64,000 nt of DNA from Streptosporangiales bacterium. GTDB taxonomy: Bacteria > Actinomycetota > Actinomycetes > Streptosporangiales > WHST01. Location of the stretch: NCBI GenBank assembly GCA_036378185.1, contig DASUWX010000012.1, positions 2,890 through 66,889 of the forward strand. Direction: 5' to 3'. The notes beneath the pieces were generated by a model. That model was given only the letters and a program-made list of their open reading frames with translations, made no database searches and was not told the origin of the DNA. Position numbers and translations under genes: made by a program. Shown here one piece after another: positions 9,260 through 18,354 of the stretch (its first letter is position 1; each line of letters opens with the position of its first letter).

Positions 9260-10227
9260 CACTTGCCCCCCTCGTAGTAGACGAAGCGATTGCCGACCTT
9301 CACCTGGATGAAGGTGAGGATCACGAGGATGACGAACAGCAGCCACGCCATCGCCGCGGCGAACCCGAAGTTGAACTGCTGGAACGCCTGCTGGAACAGG
9401 TAGACGACGTAGAACAGCGCGGAGTCCGGCGACGCGTTGCTCTGGTCCCGCCAGAACAGCAGGTACACCTGGTCGAAGACCTGGAACGCGGCGATGGTGA
9501 GCACGATGACGTTGAAGAACAACGCGCCCGAGATCATCGGCAGCGTGACCGAGAAGAACTTGCGCAGCGGGCCGGCGCCGTCGATCGACGCCGCCTCGTA
9601 CAGGTCCGTGGGCACGTTCTTCAACGCGGCAAGGAAGATGACCATCGTGCCGGAGAGCCCCCACAGGGTGATGAGCACGATCGACGGCTTGGCCCAGGTC
9701 GGGTCGACCAGCCACTGCGGCCCGGGAATGCCGACGGCACGGAGCGCCTGGTTGACCGCGCCGGTGTTGCCGTTGAGCAGCAACAGGAACATCGACGCGG
9801 TCGCCACCATGGGTGTCATCTTCGGCAGGTAGTAGACCGTCCGGAAGAAGCCCGCGCCGCGCCCGGCCCAGTTCAGCAGCATGGCGAGGAACAGCGCGAC
9901 GATGATCTCGAGCGGCACCGCGAGCAGCGCGTAGAACAGGGTGTTGCCCAGTGAGGTGAGCACCGTCGGGTCCTCGACCAGGCGCTCGTAGTTGCTGAAC
10001 CCCACCGGCGCGACCGTGTCGGTGGCGAGGTTGTAGTTGGTGAACGAGATGACCAGGCTGTAGATCATCGTGCCCGCGGTGAAGACGAGGAACCCGATGA
10101 TCCACGGCGAGATGAACGCGAAGCCGGCCAACGCCTCGCGACGGTCGTACTTCCTGGCCCGCCGAGGCTTCGTCGCCTCGCGCACCGCCGCCTCGGCGGG
10201 CCCGTCGATCGCCGTCTTCCGCGCCAT
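9259..10227 (-). CDS. Carbohydrate ABC transporter permease (MalF/CUT1-type)
   Basis: EAA loop YEAASIDGAGPLRKFFSVTLPM, six predicted TM segments, directly downstream of the SBP gene. Confidence 0.9.
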   Translation of the reverse strand: MARKTAIDGPAEAAVREATKPRRARKYDRREALAGFAFISPWIIGFLVFTAGTMIYSLVISFTNYNLATDTVAPVGFSNYERLVEDPTVLTSLGNTLFYALLAVPLEIIVALFLAMLLNWAGRGAGFFRTVYYLPKMTPMVATASMFLLLLNGNTGAVNQALRAVGIPGPQWLVDPTWAKPSIVLITLWGLSGTMVIFLAALKNVPTDLYEAASIDGAGPLRKFFSVTLPMISGALFFNVIVLTIAAFQVFDQVYLLFWRDQSNASPDSALFYVVYLFQQAFQQFNFGFAAAMAWLLFVILVILTFIQVKVGNRFVYYEGGK

Positions 10228-10229
10228 CG

Positions 10230-11600
10230 TCAGTGCACGACGTTGTTGTACGCCCGCAACGCCCCACGTTGCGCGTCGGCGAGCGCCTGCTTGGGGCTCT
10301 TCTTGCCCAGCAGCGCGGATGCGATGGCGTTGTTCATCTCCGTCTGGATCTGCTGGCCGGCCGGCGACGCCCCCATGGTGATGCCGTCACCGACGATGTC
10401 GTAGTAGGCATTGATGGTCTGGTCGAAGCCGGGGTTGCCGCTCGACTTGACGTACTTGCTCTTGATCTCCTTGTCCGGGCCCGGAGAGCCCGTGAACAGG
10501 CCGGTGTTGACGCCGCCGTTCTTCGCGATGGTGTCGGCACGGGCCTTGCCCGCGGCCATCCAGTCGGCCTGCGAGGTGACCGTGATCGCCCAGGCGCACG
10601 CCGCCGACTTGTTCTTGGCCTTCGTCGGGATGGCGAACGACGTGCCGCCCGCGTACGTGACGGGCTTGCCGTTCTTGTCCTTGAAGGGCACCGTCTCGAT
10701 GGAGATCTTGTTCTTGAACGGGCTCAGCACGTTCGGGTACCACTGGGCGTCCACCTCGGCGCCGACCTGGTTCTTCACGTACTGGTTGTTGTCGCCGAAG
10801 AAGTCGAACGAATCGGTGAAGCTCTTCAGCTTGGCGTAGCCGCCCTGGGCGTCCGTGATCTTCTTCAGCATCTCGAGCGGGTAGACGTTGTTCGGGTTGT
10901 CGAGCGTCGGCTTCCCGTTCTTGTCGACGATCTGCCCGCCGAGACCCAGCATCCACATCTGCCACTGGCCCGTCGGCTGCGGGTCGAAGCCGAGCGTGCT
11001 CGGGACGTTGCCCTTCTGCTTGTACATCTTCTTGATGGCGGCCAGCAGCACGTCCGGCTTGGACGTGTCGATCTGGTCGCTGGTCACGCCGGCGGCGTCC
11101 ATGACCTTCTTGTTCAGAATGATCGCGGTCGGCTGGTAGAACTGCGGCACCGCCCAGATCTTGCCCTTGTACGTCACGTCGCCGAGCACGGACGGGTACC
11201 ACACGGTCTTCGGGTCGACCTTGTGGGCGGAGAAGCACTGGTCCAGCGGCATGATGAGGTTCTGCGCGGCGTAGGTGGCCACGTACTGGCGGTCCATCTG
11301 CACGATGTCGGGCACGTTCCCGCTCGCCAGCCGCGTCGTGAACTTCTGCGCGTTGAACGCCGTCTGGTCGTACTTGACGGTGACGTTCTGCTTCTTCAGC
11401 TGCTCGTCCGCGTACTTCATCCGCGCCTTGCCGACGTCGTCGGCGCTGTCGAACGCCCACGCGTTGAGCGTGCCCTTGGGCTTGGCGTTGAAGGTGGCAC
11501 CGGACGAGGGGCTCCCGCTGCTCCCGCCGGACCCGCCACATGCGGCCGCGGCGAGCAGGGGCGCGACGGCCAGGACCGCGACGACTTGCCTTCTCTTCAC
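10230..11600 (-). CDS. Extracellular sugar-binding lipoprotein (ABC family 1 SBP)
   Basis: GTG 11600 is preceded by GGAGGGGAA. Lipobox LLAAAACGGSGG. Lys/Asp-rich mature part typical of CUT1 SBPs. The longer ORF to 11858 lacks an RBS. Confidence 0.9.
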   Translation of the reverse strand: MKRRQVVAVLAVAPLLAAAACGGSGGSSGSPSSGATFNAKPKGTLNAWAFDSADDVGKARMKYADEQLKKQNVTVKYDQTAFNAQKFTTRLASGNVPDIVQMDRQYVATYAAQNLIMPLDQCFSAHKVDPKTVWYPSVLGDVTYKGKIWAVPQFYQPTAIILNKKVMDAAGVTSDQIDTSKPDVLLAAIKKMYKQKGNVPSTLGFDPQPTGQWQMWMLGLGGQIVDKNGKPTLDNPNNVYPLEMLKKITDAQGGYAKLKSFTDSFDFFGDNNQYVKNQVGAEVDAQWYPNVLSPFKNKISIETVPFKDKNGKPVTYAGGTSFAIPTKAKNKSAACAWAITVTSQADWMAAGKARADTIAKNGGVNTGLFTGSPGPDKEIKSKYVKSSGNPGFDQTINAYYDIVGDGITMGASPAGQQIQTEMNNAIASALLGKKSPKQALADAQRGALRAYNNVVH

Positions 11601-11664
11601 AGGGGGTTCCCCTCCTATGGCAACGGATTGGTTACGGCTCATCGGACCAGGCGCCGAGCCGACC

Positions 11665-11678
11665 TGGAATCGTTGCCA
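11665..11678. promoter_or_regulatory. Second LacI-type operator candidate
   Basis: The reverse complement of TGGAATCGTTGCCA is TGGCAACGATTCCA, which matches the core of the 11791-11804 site at 13 of 14 positions. It lies 65 nt upstream of SBP start 11600. Confidence 0.45.
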
Positions 11679-11787
11679 CCCGACGTTAAACCACTCGGGT
11701 GAGCTGCACAAGTGGCAGCCTTGACCTGGCCGCGACGCAGTGCTACCGGCTCCCGGGTTGCACCTCCCCGGGCGGCTGCGGTTGGAT

Positions 11788-11807
11788 GTGTGGCATCGAT
11801 TCCACAC
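11788..11807. promoter_or_regulatory. LacI-type operator candidate (20-bp near-perfect palindrome)
   Basis: GTGTGGCATCGATTCCACAC is symmetric at 18 of 20 positions with a central CG, and lies 20 nt upstream of ATG 11827. Confidence 0.55.
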
Positions 11808-11826
11808 CACCAAGGTCTCAACCCGG

Positions 11827-14301
11827 ATGATCCGCCAGGTCCTGCTCGTCCCGCACACGCACCACTACGTCGGCTACACGAACAGCCCGCGCATCGTCGA
11901 CGACCTGCACAGCAGGATCGTCGACGAGGTACTCCGGCTCTGTGCCCGCCACGACCGCCCGGGGCCGGACCGGTTCCGCTGGACGTTCGAGGTCGCGCGG
12001 CCCGTGTTGCGGTTCCTCGACCGCGCCTCGACGACGGACGCCGGCCGTCTCCGCCGGCTCGTCCGTGCCGAGCGCATCAGCGTAACGGGCGGTTATCTCA
12101 ACATGACCCAGCTGCCGTCCGCGGCCGAGCTGGACGCCGGCTACGACGCGCTCGCGGCGTTGCGGGACGCCGGGCTGCCGGTGCGCACCCAGCAGCACGG
12201 TGACGTCAACGGCCTCGCCTGGGGCAGCGTCGAGGGGATGCGGCGTGCCGGGATCGACCGGCTCCTGATGGCCCTCAACCCCGATCACGGGCGCGCGCCG
12301 TACGAGCAGCCGACGGCGTTCTGGTGGGAGGGGCAGAGCGGCGGGCGGGTGTTCGTCTGGCTCTCGACCCACTACGGGGTCGGCGAGGAGTGGGGGATCG
12401 TCGACGGCGACACCGCCCTGGCGGAGGCGAGCATCGCCGGCTTCGTCGAGCGGCTCGAGGCGCGCCCGGATTATCCGTTCGACGCGGCGCTCGTCCACGC
12501 GGCGAACGACAACCGCTGGCCGACGGCGAAACTGCTCGACGTCGTCCGGCACTGGAACGCCGCGCATCCCGAGGCGCCGATGCGTACGGCGACCGTCGAC
12601 CAGGCCCTCGACGTCGTCCAGGCGCAGGCACGAGACGCCGACCTCCCGGTCGCGAGGGGCGAATGGTCGGACTGGTGGTCGCACGGGCACGGCTCGACGG
12701 CCCGCGAGGTGGCGGTCCACCGGGAGGCACGCTCGTTCGCCCGCGCCGCGCAGACCGGGCTCGGCCTGTCGCTGCTCAGGGAGGGCGCGGCACCGGTGGC
12801 CGCGACGGCGGAGGTCATCGGGTACCGCCGCGGCCCCGTGCGGCTGCGGGACGCGGACCGGGTCGTCGCCGACCTCGCCCGTGTCGACGAGGACCTCCTG
12901 CTGTTCGGCGAGCACACGTGGGGCTCCTGGGAGACCTACCGCAGGCCGCACTCCACGTTCAGCCACTCACACTGGAACGCCAAGGCCGGCTTCGCCTACG
13001 CCGCCTACGACCTGGCCAGGGACCTCGCGATCGAGGCGATGTTCAGGCTGGCCGCGCCCGACGGCAGGGCGGGCGGTGGCGACGGCGACGGCGTCCTGGT
13101 CGTCAACCCCACCGAACGCGACCGCACCGAGCCGGTCGTCGTCGAGGTCGACGGGGCGAAGCGGCGGCGGCTGGTCGCGACGGCGCCGGCGTTCGGCGTC
13201 GCCCTGGCTCCGCCGCCCGCGGCGCCGCGGCGTCGCCGCGGCCACGAGCTCGCGCTCGGCCGGTACCGGGTGCGCGTCGACCCGTCGTCCGGCGGGGTGG
13301 CGTCACTGGTGGACGTGCGGTCGGGACGGGAGCTGGTCGACGGCGGTGCCGGGCACGGCCTCGGCGCGGTCGTCGTCGAGCGGCCGGTGGCCGGCAGCAC
13401 CCACCCGATGTTGCACGGGGACCTGCGGGCGTTCCATCCGGACACCCCCGGCCCGGAGTTCGACCGGCACGCCGCCGCCGGCGCGTCCGACGACCCACCC
13501 GAAATCGCGGAGTCGGACGGCCTCGCCGGCATCACATGGCGGTCCAGCGCGCCCGGCGTACCCGAGATCACCACCACCTTGACGCTCCATCGAGACGTCG
13601 ACGCCGTCGACCTCGAGGTGGACCTGGTCAAACCCGAGCACGCCGGGCCGGAGAGCATCTTCGTCGCGTTCCCCTTCGCCGTCGACGATCCCGTCTTCCT
13701 GCTGGAGACCGCGGGCGCGGTGTACGCGGCCGGAACCGAGCAGCTGCCCGACACGAGCAAGGACTGGTTCTCGATCCAGCACGCGGTCGGCGTCACGTCC
13801 GGCACGCACGGTGTGCTGTGGGGGAGCTTCGACGCGCCGCTCGTCCAGCTCGGCGGGTTCCACACCGGCCTGTGGGCGAGAGAGCTCGAGGTGCGCGGCG
13901 GCCACGTGAACAGCTGGCTGATGAACAACCTGCACTTCACGAACTTCCAGGCCCGGCAGGACGGCACCCGCCGGTACCGGTACCGCTTCGCCGCGACCGA
14001 GGGCCCGGTCACCCGCGACCGGGTCGCGGTGTACGGGCGCGACCTGCTCGAGCCGCTGCAGGCGCGGCGGTACACCGGTCCGGTCGAACCTGGCGGGCGC
14101 GGGTTGCGGGTGGAGCCGGCCGAACGACTGTTCGCCGAGGTCCGGCCGGTCGGTACGGCCGCGGTGCGCGTCCGGCTGCGGAACGTCGCGGATGGCCCGG
14201 TGGAAGCGGTCGTGATGTGGGACGGTGCACGGCACGGCGTCCTGGTGCCGGGGCACGGCACGGGGGACGTCGTGCTGGGGCGGCAGGGGAGGATGCGTTG
14301 A
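11827..14301 (+). CDS. Divergent GH38-like (alpha-mannosidase family) protein
   Basis: N-terminus LLVPHTHHYVGYT resembles the GH38 PHSHxDxGW motif but has Tyr where Asp is expected. ~820 aa with no signal peptide. First gene of the operon. Confidence 0.7.
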   Translation: MIRQVLLVPHTHHYVGYTNSPRIVDDLHSRIVDEVLRLCARHDRPGPDRFRWTFEVARPVLRFLDRASTTDAGRLRRLVRAERISVTGGYLNMTQLPSAAELDAGYDALAALRDAGLPVRTQQHGDVNGLAWGSVEGMRRAGIDRLLMALNPDHGRAPYEQPTAFWWEGQSGGRVFVWLSTHYGVGEEWGIVDGDTALAEASIAGFVERLEARPDYPFDAALVHAANDNRWPTAKLLDVVRHWNAAHPEAPMRTATVDQALDVVQAQARDADLPVARGEWSDWWSHGHGSTAREVAVHREARSFARAAQTGLGLSLLREGAAPVAATAEVIGYRRGPVRLRDADRVVADLARVDEDLLLFGEHTWGSWETYRRPHSTFSHSHWNAKAGFAYAAYDLARDLAIEAMFRLAAPDGRAGGGDGDGVLVVNPTERDRTEPVVVEVDGAKRRRLVATAPAFGVALAPPPAAPRRRRGHELALGRYRVRVDPSSGGVASLVDVRSGRELVDGGAGHGLGAVVVERPVAGSTHPMLHGDLRAFHPDTPGPEFDRHAAAGASDDPPEIAESDGLAGITWRSSAPGVPEITTTLTLHRDVDAVDLEVDLVKPEHAGPESIFVAFPFAVDDPVFLLETAGAVYAAGTEQLPDTSKDWFSIQHAVGVTSGTHGVLWGSFDAPLVQLGGFHTGLWARELEVRGGHVNSWLMNNLHFTNFQARQDGTRRYRYRFAATEGPVTRDRVAVYGRDLLEPLQARRYTGPVEPGGRGLRVEPAERLFAEVRPVGTAAVRVRLRNVADGPVEAVVMWDGARHGVLVPGHGTGDVVLGRQGRMR

Positions 14302-15302
14302 CGCGCGACGGGTCGGGGGACGGCGGCGAGCCGTACGTCCTCGGGTTGGACATAGGTGGCACCAAGCTGGCCGCGGGCGTGGTCACCCCGCGCGGCGAGG
14401 CGCTGTCGTTCGTCGTCGGGCCCGGTGGTTCCGGCGACGACGCGGAGTCCGGCGTCAAGCGGTTGTTCGCGCTCGGGCGCGAGGCGATGACCGCCGCCGG
14501 GGTGGAGCCGTCCCGCATCGGCGCGGTGGGCATCGGCTGCGGCGGGCCGCTCGACCCCGCACGCGGTGTCCTCGTCGCGCCGCCGCACCTGCCCGGCTGG
14601 CGCGACGTGCCGATCACCGCCTGGGCACAGCACGAGTTCGACCGGCCGGCGGTCGTCGAGAACGACGGGACGGCTGCGGCGGCGGCCGAGTTCCGGTTCG
14701 GGGCGGGCCGCGGCGTGTCCGACCTCGTCTACCTGACCGTCTCCACCGGGGTCGGCGGCGGCGCCGTCGTCGCCGGGCGGCTGTTCCGCGGCGCGGCCGG
14801 CAACGGCGGCGAGTTCGGCCACGTCACCGTCGACTGGCACGGCCGGCGCTGTGTCGGCTGCGGGCGCCGCGGCTGCCTGGAGGCGTACGCGTCCGGGACG
14901 TCGATCGCGGAGCGCGCACGCGAAGCCGTGCACGCCGGCGAGCCCAGCTCGCTGCCCGGCGGTGCCACCGCCGCCGACGTCGCCGCGGCCGCCGCCGCGG
15001 GTGACCCGCTCGCCGTGCGCATCTGGGACGAGACCACCCTGGCGCTGGGCTGCGGGCTGACGTCGATCGTGAACGTGTTCGAGCCGGAGGTCGCGGTGCT
15101 CGGCGGCGGCGTGACCGAGTCCGGCGAGCAGCTGCTCGCCCCGGTGCGGGCGCGGGTCGAGGCGGATGCGATGGCCGCCGCGGCCGAACGGGTCCGCGTC
15201 GTCCCAGCGGCGCTCGGCCGCCGGGTCGGTGTCATCGGCGCCGCCGCCGCCGTGTGGGAACGTGAGCGGGAGACCGCCGACGGGCGACGGGAGTCGACAT
15301 GA
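14298..15302 (+). CDS. ROK-family sugar kinase
   Basis: LGLDIGGTKLAAG ATP motif, ENDGTAAA, and zinc motif CVGCGRRGCLEAY. TTG 14298 overlaps the GH38-like stop (TTGA). Start codon choice is uncertain. Confidence 0.85.
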   Translation: MTRDGSGDGGEPYVLGLDIGGTKLAAGVVTPRGEALSFVVGPGGSGDDAESGVKRLFALGREAMTAAGVEPSRIGAVGIGCGGPLDPARGVLVAPPHLPGWRDVPITAWAQHEFDRPAVVENDGTAAAAAEFRFGAGRGVSDLVYLTVSTGVGGGAVVAGRLFRGAAGNGGEFGHVTVDWHGRRCVGCGRRGCLEAYASGTSIAERAREAVHAGEPSSLPGGATAADVAAAAAAGDPLAVRIWDETTLALGCGLTSIVNVFEPEVAVLGGGVTESGEQLLAPVRARVEADAMAAAAERVRVVPAALGRRVGVIGAAAAVWERERETADGRREST

Positions 15303-15862
15303 CGGAGCAGCAGATCACCGAGCACGTCGAGCTGGCCGAGCGGGTGCGCGAACTCGTCCCGCTGCTGGACGACGTGGCGGCTCGGCTGATCGGCAGCTAC
15401 GAGTCCGGCGGGCGGCTGTTCACGTTCGGGAACGGCGGATCGGCCGCGGACGCGCAGCACCTCGCGGCCGAGCTCGTCGGCAGGTACAAGAGGGACCGCC
15501 GCCCGCTGCCGGCGGCGGCGCTGTCCGTCGACCCGTCCGTCGTGTCCTGCATCGGCAACGACTACGGGTTCGACGACGTGTTCGCGCGCCAGGTGGAGGC
15601 GTTCGCGGGCCCGTCCGACATGGTCGTCGCGTTCACGACGAGCGGTAGGTCGCTGAACGTCGTCCGCGGCCTCGACGCAGCGCGGAAGCAGGGTGCGACC
15701 GCCGTGCTGTTCGGCGGCGGCGACGGCGGTCCGGCGGTCGCGCACGCCGACGTCGCGCTCGTGGTGCCGTCGTCGACGACGGCGCGCATCCAGGAGATGC
15801 ACCTGATGCTGCTGCACCTGCTGAGCGAACGCGTGGACGCGTGGGCGGCCGGCGGCGACTGA
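15299..15862 (+). CDS. SIS-domain sugar-phosphate isomerase, GmhA/DiaA-type
   Basis: FGNGGSAADAQHLAAELVGRY, CIGNDYGFDDVF and AFTTSGRS are GmhA hallmarks. ATG overlaps the ROK stop (ATGA). Confidence 0.85.
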   Translation: MTEQQITEHVELAERVRELVPLLDDVAARLIGSYESGGRLFTFGNGGSAADAQHLAAELVGRYKRDRRPLPAAALSVDPSVVSCIGNDYGFDDVFARQVEAFAGPSDMVVAFTTSGRSLNVVRGLDAARKQGATAVLFGGGDGGPAVAHADVALVVPSSTTARIQEMHLMLLHLLSERVDAWAAGGD

Positions 15863-15913
15863 CGCCGTGACGTGGTGACCGGAGAGGACGAACGGTGAAC
15901 GGGTGTTGCCTGG

Positions 15914-18346
15914 ATGGTTGAACGCAGGCGGTTGTTGCACATGATCGGCAACGCGCACATCGACGCGGTGTGGCTCTGGCAGTGGCCGGAGGGCTACCAG
16001 GAGGTGCGCGCCACGTTCTGGTCGGCGATCCAGCGGATGGACGAGTATCCCGAGTTCGTCTTCACCTGCGACTCGGTCGCGTACCTCACCTGGGTCGAGG
16101 ACACCGATCCCGAGCTGTTCGAGGCGATCCGCAAGCGCATCGCGGACGGGCGCTGGCAGGTCGTCGGCGGCTGGTGGGTGGAGCCGGACTGCAACATCCC
16201 GTCCGGCGAGTCGTTCGTCCGGCAGGCGTTGCACGGCCAGCGCTACCTGCTGGAGCGGTTCGGCGTCGCCGCCACGGTCGGCTGCAACCTGGACCCGTTC
16301 GGCCACAACGCGCAGCTGCCGCAGCTGTTGCGCAAGGCCGGCATGGACTCCTACGTGTTCCTGCGTCCGGGTCCGCACGAGCAGTCGCTGCCGGGGCCGT
16401 ACTTCTGGTGGGAGGCGCCCGACGGCTCGCGGGTGCTGGCGTACCGGATCGCGCACGAGTACGGCAGCTCGGCGCAGGACGTCGGCTACCAGGTGGACAA
16501 GTCGCTCGCCCAACTGCCGGCCGACGAACCGGAGCTGATGGTGTTCTACGGCGTCGGCAACCACGGCGGCGGGCCGACGCGGGCGAACCTCGACAGCATC
16601 CGGAGACTGGACGCGCTGGACGGGCTGCCCTCGTTGCGGTGCAGCTCACCGCGTGCCTACTTCGACCGGCTGCTCGACCGCGGCGGCGATTTCCCGGTGC
16701 ACGCCGCCGAGCTCCAGCACCACGCCGTCGGCTGCTACTCGGCGCACTCAGGGGTCAAGCGCTGGAACCGCAGGGCGGAGAACATCCTGCAGCGTGCGGA
16801 GAAGTGGGGCGTCGTCGCGACCGTCGTGGGCGAGCTCGACTATCCGTCGGACGCGATGGCCGAGGCGTGGGAACTCGTGCTGTTCAACCAGTTCCACGAC
16901 ACTCTCGCGGGAACGGCGATCCCGTCCGCGTACGAGGACAGCAGGGACCAGTACGGGCACGCAGCCTCCGTCGGCATGTTCACGTTCAACCGCGCGATCC
17001 AGTCGCTGTCGCGCCGCGTGCGGATCCCGTACGAGTCCGACACCTCCCCGGTCGTCGTCTTCAACCCGCACCCGTGGCCCGTGCGCACCGAGGTCGAGCT
17101 GGAGTTCGGCGGCGGCTTCCCGCGGCAACGGGCCGAACTGGTGGACGACCAGGGCCGGCCGGTCGCGGTGCAGGAGGGACGCTCGCACGTCGTCGCGGCC
17201 GGGCGCCGGCGGCTCGTCTTCGCGGCCGAGCTGCCTGCGCTCGGATACCGGCTCTACCGCATCCGTGCGGCGAGCGAGCCCGCCCCGGTGCGGCACGCCG
17301 TCGACGCGCACCGGCTGGAGAACGACCACCTCGCCGTCGAGGTCGACCCCGACACCGGCGCGATCACCGTGCACGACAAGCGGATCGGCGCGGACCTCGT
17401 CGCCGGCGGCACGCACGCCGAGGTGCTCGCCGACACCTCCGACACGTGGGGCCACCGCGTGCGGAGGTACGACCGGGCGATCGGCTCGTTCCGGCCGCGG
17501 CGGCTCCGGATGGTCGAGGACGGGCCGGTGCGCTCGGTGCTGCGCGTGGAGAGCGGGTACGGGTCGTCCACGCTGGTCGAGGAGTTCGTGCTCGGGAGGG
17601 ACGCCGGCCACGTCGACGTCCGCGTCGTCGTCGACTGGCACGAGCAGATGAAGATGCTGAAGCTGCGCTTCCCGACCACGCTCGCGGACGCCCGGGCCAC
17701 GTTCGAGATCCCGTACGGGCACGTGGAACGCGCCACGAACGGCGGCGAGGAGCCGGCCCAGGCATGGGTCGACGTCACCGGCAGGCTCGGCGACGGATCG
17801 GTTGCGGGGTTCACCGTCGCCAACGACGGCAAGTACGGCCACGACGTGCGCGGTGGCGACATCGGCGTGACCTCCGTGCGCAGCCCGGCGTACGCCTGGC
17901 ACGAGCCGAAACCGCTGGACGACGACGTCCACGACTACCTCGACCAGGGCAGGCAGGAGTTCACGCTGCGGCTCATCCCGCACGCCGGCGACTGGCGCGA
18001 CGCCGGGGTCGTCCGGCGGGCGGCCGAGCTGAACCAGCCGGCGTTCCCGCTGCTGGAGTCCTACCACGACGGCGACCTTCCGCCGGACGCCTCGTTCGCC
18101 GAGGTGGACGCCGAGGCCGTGGTGCCGACGGTGTTGAAGCCCGCGGCCGACGGCAGCGGCGACATCGTGCTGCGCGCGTACGAGGCGCACGGCCGGCCCG
18201 CGCACGCGACCGTCACGCTGCGGCTGCTCGACCGCGCCGTGGAGGCGGACTTCGGGCCGGCGGAGGTGAAGACGTTCCGCATCCCGCGGGACGCCGCTCG
18301 CCCGGTCGTCGAGACCGACCTGCTCGAGCGCGAGATCCGGGAGTGA
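15914..18346 (+). CDS. GH38 alpha-mannosidase (cytoplasmic, MngB/AMS1-like)
   Basis: IGNAHIDAVWLWQW, GGWWVEPDCNIPSGESFVRQ and FYGVGNHGGGP are classic GH38 N-domain motifs. No signal peptide. Confidence 0.9.
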   Translation: MVERRRLLHMIGNAHIDAVWLWQWPEGYQEVRATFWSAIQRMDEYPEFVFTCDSVAYLTWVEDTDPELFEAIRKRIADGRWQVVGGWWVEPDCNIPSGESFVRQALHGQRYLLERFGVAATVGCNLDPFGHNAQLPQLLRKAGMDSYVFLRPGPHEQSLPGPYFWWEAPDGSRVLAYRIAHEYGSSAQDVGYQVDKSLAQLPADEPELMVFYGVGNHGGGPTRANLDSIRRLDALDGLPSLRCSSPRAYFDRLLDRGGDFPVHAAELQHHAVGCYSAHSGVKRWNRRAENILQRAEKWGVVATVVGELDYPSDAMAEAWELVLFNQFHDTLAGTAIPSAYEDSRDQYGHAASVGMFTFNRAIQSLSRRVRIPYESDTSPVVVFNPHPWPVRTEVELEFGGGFPRQRAELVDDQGRPVAVQEGRSHVVAAGRRRLVFAAELPALGYRLYRIRAASEPAPVRHAVDAHRLENDHLAVEVDPDTGAITVHDKRIGADLVAGGTHAEVLADTSDTWGHRVRRYDRAIGSFRPRRLRMVEDGPVRSVLRVESGYGSSTLVEEFVLGRDAGHVDVRVVVDWHEQMKMLKLRFPTTLADARATFEIPYGHVERATNGGEEPAQAWVDVTGRLGDGSVAGFTVANDGKYGHDVRGGDIGVTSVRSPAYAWHEPKPLDDDVHDYLDQGRQEFTLRLIPHAGDWRDAGVVRRAAELNQPAFPLLESYHDGDLPPDASFAEVDAEAVVPTVLKPAADGSGDIVLRAYEAHGRPAHATVTLRLLDRAVEADFGPAEVKTFRIPRDAARPVVETDLLEREIRE

Positions 18347-18354
18347 AACAGCGC

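Noticed and set aside
12324-14297. N-terminal two thirds of the 992-aa ORF 12324..15302, and likewise 15970..18354 of the 1604-aa ORF and 636..1448 of ORF 636..3212.
   Set aside because: Only the 3' portions (ROK kinase, GH2, GH-like protein) have real protein character and plausible starts and RBS. The upstream parts overlap genuine genes in another frame.
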